From positions 128,001 to 192,000 of the forward strand of contig CAWIYV010000011.1 of the NCBI GenBank assembly GCA_963840455.1: a stretch of 64,000 nt of DNA. The letters are read 5' to 3'. Positions 1 to 8,136 of this stretch are shown piece after piece (position 1 is the first letter of the stretch; every line of letters starts with the position of its first letter). The notes below the pieces were generated by a model. It was given only the letters and a program-made list of their open reading frames with translations. It had not been told where the DNA came from and did no database searches. Both the position numbers and the translations under genes were made by a program. The stretch is from Nitrospirota bacterium (GTDB lineage: Bacteria > Nitrospirota > UBA9217).

Positions 1-104
1 TTTCTTATCGTCGAATCTTGAATGCCGAATGATGTGTGCTTCTTTCTGCAGTTCTCTTGAATTACGCCGTTCAATCCGCAATCCGAAATCCCCCTCAATT
101 GTCA

Positions 105-1478
105 TCATTCCCCCATTGCCTTTAACAGCGCCGCTTCGGCGATCTTATAGTTCGCCAGGGCGGCAATGTAGTTCGTCTTGGCGTTGGACAGACCCACCAG
201 GGCGCTCGTCACGTCGAGGGGGCTTCCCACGCCGGCATTGTACCGTCCGTTCACGATGTCGTAGTTCTCCTGCGCCTGCTGGACCGTCAGTTCGGCCACT
301 GCAACGCCGTCTTCGAGCGCCCGCAGGTTCAAGTAGGACTGCTGCACGTCGAGCAGGATGCTTTGGCGAAGCGTTTCTTCGTTCGACTTCTGGATGTTCA
401 GGTTCTCCTTCGCTTCCTTCACCTGGTAGTTCGTAAGGAATCCATTGAACAGCGGAATGTCGACGGTCACACCGGCGCTCCACCCGCTCTTTTCGGGAAC
501 GAACTGATTGTCTGTGCGACCGTAGTTCGCGTTACCCGACAGTGTGGGATAGTAGCCGGTCCGGGCCAGGGATACCGCCTCGTTGGACGCTTCCTTCTTT
601 GACTGAACGGACTGGAGGTCCGGACGGTTCGCGTAGGCCCGCTGGATCGCGTCTTCGAAGGTAACAGAATGTTTCTGGAAGGCCAACATGTCCTCAATGG
701 CAAAATCCGGCAGGTCAGGCGCGCCAATGGCGTTCTTGAGCGTGACCTGGGAGACCGAGACCGCGTTATCCGCGCGGATCTTGGCGAGCTTGGCGTTGCT
801 CAGGTTCACCTCGGCCGACGTCACATCATATTTCGACTTGACGCCCGCATCAAAGAACCCCTTCGCCTGATCGAGCTGGTCCTGCGTCAGTTTCACCGTC
901 TCGTTCGCCACGTCCCGGTTCTTCAACGCCTGGAGCAGGCCGTAATATGCCTGTTTCACGCCAAAGACCACCTGGCTCACCGTGTTCCGCCGGTCGGAAC
1001 GGCTGGCATCCTCGTTCAGACGCTGGATACGCACCGTGCTGGGGGTCTTGCCAAAGTCGTAGATGTTCTGGGTGAGCGCAGCGTTGCCCTGGTACAGGTT
1101 CTGGGAGCCGTTGGTCGGGTCCGTATAAAGAGAATATTTGTTATAGGCTCCTGACAGACCAACCTGGGGATAGTAGGCTGATCGGGCCTGCCCCACCCGC
1201 GCGGTGGCCGCGTTCACGGAATATTCCGCCGCGGAGATTGTCGGGTTCCGCTGAAGAGCGATATCGATGCACTGCTGCAGCGTCAAAAGGTCGCCGGGCT
1301 TCATATCGCCGGCCGTCGGAGTGACCGTTCGCGGGGACACGACGGCCGATGTCGTGGCCGGTGATGTTGCCAGCGCATCTGCCGCGCGGGATGCCGAGGC
1401 TCCGGACCAGCACAGGAGGGAGCACACCGCGAGCGTCCCGACAGCGTACCGTTTCCCATTTGACCGATGGTTTGTCAT
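105..1478 (-). CDS. TolC-family outer membrane efflux protein
   Basis: Signal peptide, two OEP repeats (LTLQQCIDIALQRNP; YYPTLS), C-terminal YNAGVGSPLDV...ALLKAMGE. Confidence 0.92.
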   Translation of the reverse strand: MTNHRSNGKRYAVGTLAVCSLLCWSGASASRAADALATSPATTSAVVSPRTVTPTAGDMKPGDLLTLQQCIDIALQRNPTISAAEYSVNAATARVGQARSAYYPQVGLSGAYNKYSLYTDPTNGSQNLYQGNAALTQNIYDFGKTPSTVRIQRLNEDASRSDRRNTVSQVVFGVKQAYYGLLQALKNRDVANETVKLTQDQLDQAKGFFDAGVKSKYDVTSAEVNLSNAKLAKIRADNAVSVSQVTLKNAIGAPDLPDFAIEDMLAFQKHSVTFEDAIQRAYANRPDLQSVQSKKEASNEAVSLARTGYYPTLSGNANYGRTDNQFVPEKSGWSAGVTVDIPLFNGFLTNYQVKEAKENLNIQKSNEETLRQSILLDVQQSYLNLRALEDGVAVAELTVQQAQENYDIVNGRYNAGVGSPLDVTSALVGLSNAKTNYIAALANYKIAEAALLKAMGE

Positions 1479-1479
1479 G

Positions 1480-2091
1480 CTATTTCCTTTCCTTCATAGT
1501 CCCGTAGACGAAGATGTCCACGATCTCCCGGACCTCGCGGTCCATTTTTCCCTTTTTCGTGATGTCCAGCCCCCGCATGATCTCCTCGGAGCGGAAGTAG
1601 GCCACGAGCATGCTCAGAAAGGTTCGGGCGCCGGCCTCGGGTGATATGTTCCGGAGCCTTCCCTTTTTCCGAAGCGACAGGAAATAGTCCGCCAGGGTCG
1701 CCCGGGTCTCGTCGATGGTATCGTTATAGATCTTCCGGATCTTGCCGGGATAATGGTTCGCCTCGGAGAACATGATCTTGATGAAGGACTTCCGCTCCTT
1801 GAGGGTGAGCAGGAACCGCGTCGCGACGGTCCGCAGAGCCTCATCATAGGGAAGTTCGTCCAGCTGGGGCCGGAGCTCCTTCAGCCGCGGCAGGAAGGTG
1901 TACTGGCCCAGCATGCCCTCGAAGAGCTTTTCCTTGGAGCCGAAGTTCCGGAAGAGCGTCAGCTCCGAGACCCCGGCCTCCCGCGCGATCTCCCGCGTCG
2001 TCGCGCCGAGGTAGCCTTTTTCCGAGACGAGCTTCATGGTGGCCCCGAGCAGGCGCTCCCGGGTGTTCAGTATGGTGGATGTCTTAAGCAT
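1480..2091 (-). CDS. TetR/AcrR-family transcriptional regulator
   Basis: N-terminal HTH (GYLGATTREIAREAGVSELTLFRNFGSKEKL); ATG at 2091 preferred because it lies downstream of the promoter; abuts the tolC-like gene. Confidence 0.92.
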   Translation of the reverse strand: MLKTSTILNTRERLLGATMKLVSEKGYLGATTREIAREAGVSELTLFRNFGSKEKLFEGMLGQYTFLPRLKELRPQLDELPYDEALRTVATRFLLTLKERKSFIKIMFSEANHYPGKIRKIYNDTIDETRATLADYFLSLRKKGRLRNISPEAGARTFLSMLVAYFRSEEIMRGLDITKKGKMDREVREIVDIFVYGTMKERK

Positions 2092-2134
2092 GTAAGTAGG
2101 CACTTACTATACTGTGACCCCGGATGGTTGTCAA
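2092..2134 (-). promoter_or_regulatory. sigma-70 promoter with overlapping palindromic operator (probable TetR autoregulation)
   Basis: Minus strand TTGACA (2134-2129), 17 nt, TATAGT (2111-2106); palindrome GTAAGT-N4-ACTTAC at 2092-2107. Confidence 0.75.
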
Positions 2135-2170
2135 GGTTAAATCAAGGGCAAGAGCATCTTCACTAGTATG

Positions 2171-2207
2171 AAAAAAAAACGGGCACCACACCTCGGGGTG
2201 ATGCCCG
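2171..2207 (-). terminator. Rho-independent terminator
   Basis: CGGGCA...TGCCCG stem followed by T9 on the minus strand, after the ThiF/MoeB remnant. Confidence 0.7.
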
Positions 2208-2238
2208 CCTGACTACAATATATAGAGGCCCCCGCGGT

Positions 2239-2773
2239 CTACATTGCGCCGTTCCCGCAGGTCGGGCAGTCGGGGTCCTTGCGGATCTTGTTCTTCTTGA
2301 AGTCAGTGGACGCCCCTTCCCGGACGAGAAGCTGCCCTTTCAGGGGCGATCCCGTGCCCGAGAGGTATTTGAGCGTTTCGAGCGCCTGGAGCGAGCCGAT
2401 GACCGCGGGCGTCGCACCGATGACGGGAAAGACCCCCTTCGGCGGCGCCTCGGGGAAGATGCAGCGCAGGCAGGGCGTCTCCGGCGACTGGATGAACCAG
2501 TTCCGTCCGTCGATGCCCCAGATGCTGCCGTAGACCAGCGGGATCTTCTTGCGCCGGGCCGATTCGTTCAGGAGATACCGTGTCGGGAAGTTGGCCATGC
2601 AGTCGAGGATGATGTCCGCGTCGCCCACCAGTTCGTCAACGTTCTCGGCTACGATCTTGTCGGCGAAGGCCGTGATCATGATGTCCGGGTTCAGCCGTTC
2701 GAGCGTCATCTTGCCCGAGACAGCCTTGTTCGTGCCGATGCGCGTGTGATCATGCAGGATCTGGCGGTTCAGG
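2239..2773 (-). pseudogene. 5'-truncated ThiF/MoeB/HesA-family adenylyltransferase
   Basis: Reads LNRQILH...IGTNKA, PCLRC and CPTC Zn motifs; the N-terminal GxGGxG loop is absent and homology stops at about 2773. Confidence 0.8.
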
Positions 2774-2930
2774 GGGATATTTTTTCACTTGACTGCGCCC
2801 TTTAAATGGGTGACCTCTAAATGGGTGTACATGAACGCGCGGGTAAGCTCCATGCTTCTCTAGGAAGAAACTATCAAGATACCAAAGCCTTGAGCAATTA
2901 GAATGGAACGGCCCTCCCATGACGTTTTGG

Positions 2931-3827
2931 TCAGAACGACCGAGGACATGTCTGGCCCATGCAAATCAATCGCTCCTTCCCTATGACGGTGAGCGCAACA
3001 CCTCCGATTATGAGGACCGTGGCAATTACAAGACGTAGCGAGATGCTTTCTGAAAGAAAAATCGCCCCTCCGAAGGCTGCAAAGACAGGGACGGACAGTT
3101 GCACGGCAGCAGCCCGCGTTGCTGTGAGTCCCTGCAGTGCAGCATACCAGACCAGATAACCCACGCCCGAGGTAAGTGAGCCCGAGATGAAGGCCAACAA
3201 AAAACCCTTCGGCGATACATGCATCTGAGAAAGCATAGCAAGACTGACAACAAGCACGAACGGCACTGTACGGAGAAAATTACCCGCTGTCATGGCAGCA
3301 GGGTCCTTGATGCCCCGGCCTCGTAAAGAGTAAACGCCCCATCCGATCCCGGCAATAGCCATAAGAGCCGAACCTCCTGGTGACGGTGCTGCAAGCCCCG
3401 GTACGACGAGGTAAATAAGGCCTCCCAGCGCGAGGGACAGTCCCATCCACTGCAAAGCATGTGGTCGTTCACCAGACCAAAGCCCGTAGAGTATCATGGT
3501 CAATTGGACGGAGCAAAAGAGAATGAGCGCTCCAGTTCCCGCGCTGAGCCTAAGGTACGCGAAAGAGAATGCAGCAGCATAAAGAAACAGCATGGAGGCC
3601 GACAACCATGTACCACCACGGTGATTTGATGCTGGGCGGTTTTTTGCAATGCGTATCAGCGCCCAAAGAACCACGGCGCCGGAGATCAGGCGGACAGCAG
3701 TAAAACTTGCCGCATCTATCGCTGCGGCCCCAAGAGCCTTTCGACACAAAATCGAGTTTGCCGCGAAGGCCACAAGAGCGGAAAGCGTAAAGACTATGGT
3801 CCGAGAATTGTCGTTCATAGCAAACAT
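2931..3827 (-). CDS. DMT/EamA-family transporter
   Basis: About 10 hydrophobic segments; AFAANSILC, GYLVWYAAL, QLSVPV, FLSESISLR. Confidence 0.9.
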   Translation of the reverse strand: MFAMNDNSRTIVFTLSALVAFAANSILCRKALGAAAIDAASFTAVRLISGAVVLWALIRIAKNRPASNHRGGTWLSASMLFLYAAAFSFAYLRLSAGTGALILFCSVQLTMILYGLWSGERPHALQWMGLSLALGGLIYLVVPGLAAPSPGGSALMAIAGIGWGVYSLRGRGIKDPAAMTAGNFLRTVPFVLVVSLAMLSQMHVSPKGFLLAFISGSLTSGVGYLVWYAALQGLTATRAAAVQLSVPVFAAFGGAIFLSESISLRLVIATVLIIGGVALTVIGKERLICMGQTCPRSF

Positions 3828-3989
3828 ACCACAGAACTTCCGTTGCGTTTATTTCCTCTGCTTCTCATTACAGCAGAAGGGGATTTATGAAGGCACGACA
3901 ACAGATTCAACATGAAACATGCATCTCGATATGTCAGTCAAAGACAATAATTCCAGGAAGTTGTATGCGCTCGTATCATTACATGATGA

Positions 3990-4199
3990 TCAGGTCTTTT
4001 TTCTTCGGTCCTTGTTGGTCCTTCTCTCATTGCCGCTTCTCCGCTCCGGGCCCTTGTAGTTCGGATCGCTGCACACCCGCCGGTCACTGCCTAATCTAAT
4101 CATGTCGATGTTGCAGGCCCTGCGTTCATTCGAAGCCATGGTCCCCTCCACCCATGCCGCCGTTTTTTTAGATTGAGGAAATCGCATATTTGGGGTCAC
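3990..4199 (-). CDS. small hypothetical protein with repeated (D/E)RR motifs
   Basis: SDRR...YKGPERRSGNERR...DRR; start uncertain (ATG at 4140 possible). Confidence 0.5.
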   Translation of the reverse strand: MTPNMRFPQSKKTAAWVEGTMASNERRACNIDMIRLGSDRRVCSDPNYKGPERRSGNERRTNKDRRKKT

Positions 4200-4362
4200 C
4201 TGGAATGCTGATATATTCGCATATCCAGGTTGAAATATGCATTTTTTAATAATTTCATCGCCTCACAAGTTCACGAAGTACATTTCATCGCGACCGGGAA
4301 AAATATATCCGAAGTTACTATTACGATAAAGAACACTGGGTGCATATCTTCCCGATATGGCC

Positions 4363-4525
4363 ATTGAAGCTCCCCGCAGCAAGCGGCGGGGAATGCGCTC
4401 GCTCCTGGATTTAAGCTCCCTACAACGAACTGCATGGAGCTTCGATCCTCAAGGTTGAACTAATTATCCTAATCGCTCACTAACCCCGCAGCAAGCGGCG
4501 GGGAATGCGCTCGCTCCTGGATTCA
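4363..4525 (+). repeat. double-hairpin REP/MITE-like element, copy 1 (short unit plus full unit)
   Basis: ATTGAAGCTCCC-hairpin...CTAATCGCTC-hairpin-GAATGCGCTCGCTCCTGGATTCA; shared with copies at 50524, 52444 and 56874. Confidence 0.85.
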
Positions 4526-5386
4526 TTACCGGCGCAGTTTCACCCGCGCCTTTTTCACCATGGCATCGGGGACATAGGATGACTTGAAGATGCGCAGGTT
4601 CTCCTTGTCCAGGTCCTGCTCCAGGTTCAGGTACTTGTACTTGGGCGGCAATATCTTCGCGAAGTTGTTGAACATGAACTGGTAGACGCCTTTGAACTTC
4701 GTGAGCGCCTTGGCGAAGTGAAGGACATAGGTCTCGTCATTGACCTCCTCACCCAGCACGAACCCCGCGGGCTCGCCCTCGGCGTAGTACATGCCGCCGC
4801 ACAGGACGAGCTCTTCATACCGGTCGATCGCTTCGCGGCAGGGGCCGTAGTCCGTCTGCTCCGCATCGAGGCCCGTCTCCACAAGCCATCCCTCGAGCAC
4901 GGCGCGCGCCTGGTCCAGATGCTCGTTGGTCAGCGGACGCGCTTCGCTGGTGTACAGTTCGTTGAACTGCTTCAGCAGGTTCCTTTTCTTGTGGAGTCTC
5001 CGCCCGGCATAGGTGCTCATCTTCTCGACCGTATAGAGATAGTCCGCATCGCCTTCCGCGAAGGTAATGTCGAACCCCTCGGGGCTGAAGGCCGACAGCC
5101 ACGCTTCCGGGATGGGGAACAGGAAATCGACGCCGTCCATAAGTGCCTTGAGGACCGCGACGTCCAATGTCCGCACGTCCACCGTGGGCATAAGGTAGAC
5201 GTGCCCGTCGTACGTACGGCCCCTGATGAAGACCTCCCCGTCGATCATCACATCGTAATCATGGTTCTTGCGGAACAGATAGAGGTTCGGGAAGGTGTAT
5301 TCCGAGAGAGGGACGGTGATGTTCTTCAGGCGCTGGGGAGAGAAGGTCCTTGTGCTTGAGGCTCGAGCTTTTCGATCTGCATGCAT
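4526..5386 (-). CDS. DUF2156 (phosphatidylglycerol lysyltransferase C-terminal-like) domain protein
   Basis: LSEYTFPNLYLFR, ADYLY, LHKKRN, LHFAKA, KGVYQ, LNLEQDL..LRIFKSSY; the 5' end appears frameshifted. Confidence 0.88.
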   Translation of the reverse strand: MHADRKARASSTRTFSPQRLKNITVPLSEYTFPNLYLFRKNHDYDVMIDGEVFIRGRTYDGHVYLMPTVDVRTLDVAVLKALMDGVDFLFPIPEAWLSAFSPEGFDITFAEGDADYLYTVEKMSTYAGRRLHKKRNLLKQFNELYTSEARPLTNEHLDQARAVLEGWLVETGLDAEQTDYGPCREAIDRYEELVLCGGMYYAEGEPAGFVLGEEVNDETYVLHFAKALTKFKGVYQFMFNNFAKILPPKYKYLNLEQDLDKENLRIFKSSYVPDAMVKKARVKLRR

Positions 5387-5484
5387 TTACTATAATGGAT
5401 GTCGTCATTTTGTCAAGACCTAACAGGGACGCACCGGGAGTAAGGCATGGACAGGTGAAGGATCACCAGGCATGGTCGCAGACG

Positions 5485-5514
5485 AAAAACCCACAGGAGC
5501 GGAAACCTGTGGGT
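5485..5514 (-). terminator. Rho-independent terminator at the distal end of the eCIS-associated transcript
   Basis: ACCCACAGG-loop-CCTGTGGGT followed by a T-run on the minus strand. Confidence 0.6.
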
Positions 5515-5725
5515 CCTATGGTATTGCGAAAATAACTGCAGCCGAAATGTTCAAGGCGCACACTCCTTCTTGATCAATCCGAGTTCTTAGTTTCTCACGA
5601 ACCTGTCCTTGCCGCAAACCAGAATACAAAAACTCACTGCAGTAAAACAAGTCAACCGTCGCCGGCTGTTCATAAATAATATATGGCGTGCTGCAATTAT
5701 GTCATCCTTCATGTATGTCATGCTT

Positions 5726-5983
5726 TTACAGGGGATTCTCAGGGGGATCTTCTTCAATTTTTTTCGGCCTTCCACTTACCTCAATGTTCACCGAGAACCC
5801 TTTCCATGTCTCGGGTACGTGTCGAGTTACGGCGCTCTGCCTGTGCTCCACGTACACTACCAGTGCCGGGCGGCCGCCTTCGTCCGCAGTCACTCCTGCC
5901 CCAATGAAACCGGACTCTTTCGCCAGCAGCTTGACGATCTCCCGTTTTGCACTCAGTATCTGTGAAGCGCTCCTCTTCGGCAC
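5726..5983 (-). CDS. small protein resembling the N-terminal pro-domain of the adjacent Nal1-like protease
   Basis: GTG at 5983 with GGGGGAG RBS; GFIGAGV..ALVVYV..VPETWKGFSVNIEVSGRPKK parallels the protease N-terminus. Confidence 0.65.
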   Translation of the reverse strand: MPKRSASQILSAKREIVKLLAKESGFIGAGVTADEGGRPALVVYVEHRQSAVTRHVPETWKGFSVNIEVSGRPKKIEEDPPENPL

Positions 5984-5999
5984 TGCGTGTACTCCCCCG

Positions 6000-7037
6000 T
6001 CAGGTAGCGATCCGAACTTTGAATCTTGTGAGAATCCGCTGGATCGGGATTGCGAACGTGACAAGATCGCTTCCGGCAAAAAGAAGCGCAACCACCTTGC
6101 CTTGGGAGTCCACGATGGCCGACCCGGAATCCCCTGCCTTGCTGAAGGCTCCGTCAGTACCCTTGACGACGATCACATCATCCACGCGCACCATCCCCTG
6201 GTCGTATTCAATATCAAATATATCAGAATTCACCGCCCGCACAATGCCTTCGGTCAATCCTGTCGTCCTGCCGGACTTCCGGACTGTCATATTCAATTGC
6301 GGCTTCCCTGCGCCGGAAGGAGTTCCAATGGCAAGTATGCTTCGGTCTACTGCAATTCCCGCACTGAACTCGGCGATTGCCGCGTCCATCCAGTTCCTGC
6401 GGTTATCGTATTTAAGGGTCACGAACCGGGTCAGCGTCGCGACCCGGTCAGCATTCCTGCCGTTGTCAAGGGTTCCCGGCTGGACCACGCCCGCCCCGAT
6501 GGGAGCCAGGTTTTCGTCAGCCAATACGTGGTTGTTGCTCAATGCATACAGTCGTGAGTGGTCCTTCCGATCCATCACAACAGCCCCCAGGGTACCTGCA
6601 AAAGAATAGTCCACGGCATCATAGTCCAGACCAACGGACACACCTCCGGTCACCGGGCGATGGCGATTTCGCTGATCGATCGCGAACTTCTTCGGATATC
6701 CGATGCCTTCCACGTCCGTCGGAAAACCGTTGACCTCTCCGGGTATCTGCTGATTTCGGCCAACGCGTCCTTTCGGATATTTTTTTGCCACAAAGACCTT
6801 GACGCACATCTCGCCCGTGGGCTTCCCTGCGGTCGTCTTCTCCCCAATCCCCAAGCCCACCACGTTCACCCCGACGGCAGGCTGATACCGCTTCGCCTTC
6901 CGGAGCGCGCGGGCCTGAGGCACAGCCTCTTCAATGCGAAGGAATAGCCTGTCACGCAGATTATTTTTTGCTGCGATAAAATCCGCCGAAATCCCCTGAT
7001 GCAGGGGATTTCTCAACTTCTGATCCCTTTTTTTCAC
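6000..7037 (-). CDS. S1/trypsin-like (Nal1-type) serine protease
   Basis: Triad motifs LSNNHV, MDAAIA, GDSGS; AGTLG; KSGRTTGLTEG; AGGAGG RBS. Confidence 0.88.
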   Translation of the reverse strand: MKKRDQKLRNPLHQGISADFIAAKNNLRDRLFLRIEEAVPQARALRKAKRYQPAVGVNVVGLGIGEKTTAGKPTGEMCVKVFVAKKYPKGRVGRNQQIPGEVNGFPTDVEGIGYPKKFAIDQRNRHRPVTGGVSVGLDYDAVDYSFAGTLGAVVMDRKDHSRLYALSNNHVLADENLAPIGAGVVQPGTLDNGRNADRVATLTRFVTLKYDNRRNWMDAAIAEFSAGIAVDRSILAIGTPSGAGKPQLNMTVRKSGRTTGLTEGIVRAVNSDIFDIEYDQGMVRVDDVIVVKGTDGAFSKAGDSGSAIVDSQGKVVALLFAGSDLVTFAIPIQRILTRFKVRIAT

Positions 7038-7079
7038 TATAGCAACCTCCTTTTAGTATCCTGCTTTGCCTGAATCTCC

Positions 7080-7387
7080 CTACTTTCGCGCTTTCTCCAT
7101 AAGCCAGCAAATCAGCGCCCACTGGATACCAAGCGAGCCAAGAGATGACCAGTGCGGTCAGGAAATAGTCCAACAGCCACCATCCACCGAAGAGCCTCGG
7201 ACGATATACGGCAACCAGCTCAAAGGCCACCCAGTAGCCAAAGCAGTAGCCGCAGGAGAGCAGCTCGCCCCAGAATGCGCCTCTCGTTTTCACCCGCTCC
7301 CGCAGCAGCGCCAATAGTTTGGTTTCGGTTATCGTGAACGAGAAAGATGCAGTTACGAGTGATAAATATATTATGCGTTCGATCATT
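7080..7387 (-). pseudogene. DUF1360-like membrane protein with a probable 1-bp frameshift near the 3' end
   Basis: GELLSCGYCFGYW motif; removing one T near 7131 gives ...AGIQWALICWLMEKARK* ending at 7080 instead of reading into the protease gene. Confidence 0.6.
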
Positions 7388-7538
7388 GCGTCTTCGTCAA
7401 CACCCTCTTCGGCAGTGGACAATGGGCGGAAGCATGTATCGTCGCGTCCAGATCTTAATTATCATCTAACGATCCTGCCCTCTTTTCATTTTTACTGAGA
7501 ATCTTCTAAGGATTTTGAGTGAATAGATTATTTCATCT

Positions 7539-8132
7539 TTATTTCCTCGGATACACTTGTTCCCTGCTTATCAATGTATTAATTACCTTATGATCGCCCG
7601 ACGCCGCTTTAAATGGCTCCTGGTGTTTATAAATAGATCTGCCATCCTTCCCTGTTACAGAAAATATTATTTCCTGGTCTTTTATTTTTTCTAAGCTTTG
7701 CTTATTAAAAGCAACAGCAAAGTATCCGGACGCATCGCTTATGACAGCTTTGTCATAGGCTTTCACCCCTTTCACATTGGAAAAGAACACTTGCATACCC
7801 TCAATGCCACGACCCCATTCATCGGCGATCCTGCCGTGGATGACCATGGTGTCTTCGCTCATATCATGGGGGCTGATAGTCATCAATTCCATCTCCGCTT
7901 CTAATAAATTATCCAATTCGAGGTTTAGTTTTAATCCTAATGTCATTTCCTTTATAGCCGGATGATTTTTATCGATTTTCTTTAACTCGTAAATTTCTTC
8001 TTGTATTTGAATGTGCGAGGCTATATTGAGCGTCTTCAAAAGATTCAAAGCATTTAAATTTATTTCATCGGCTTCGTCGAAGGAGTCTCGCAACTCGTCA
8101 ATATATTTGTTTAGAGCAGTATTTTTTTTCAT
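7539..8132 (-). CDS. hypothetical protein: coiled coil plus carboxypeptidase-regulatory/Cna-B-like domain (eCIS-associated)
   Basis: IHGRIADEWGRGIEGMQVFF...SDASGYF; follows the DUF6519 gene after 4 nt; AT-rich. Confidence 0.7.
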   Translation of the reverse strand: MKKNTALNKYIDELRDSFDEADEINLNALNLLKTLNIASHIQIQEEIYELKKIDKNHPAIKEMTLGLKLNLELDNLLEAEMELMTISPHDMSEDTMVIHGRIADEWGRGIEGMQVFFSNVKGVKAYDKAVISDASGYFAVAFNKQSLEKIKDQEIIFSVTGKDGRSIYKHQEPFKAASGDHKVINTLISREQVYPRK

Positions 8133-8136
8133 AATA

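Noticed and set aside
4363-4525. CRISPR array (a 37-bp unit occurs twice)
   Set aside because: Only two units, the intervening sequence is itself conserved in other copies, and no cas genes are present.
5461-5560. tRNA or att site at the island boundary
   Set aside because: Only a terminator hairpin; no T-loop or cloverleaf, and no matching direct repeat seen near 49.5-50 kb.
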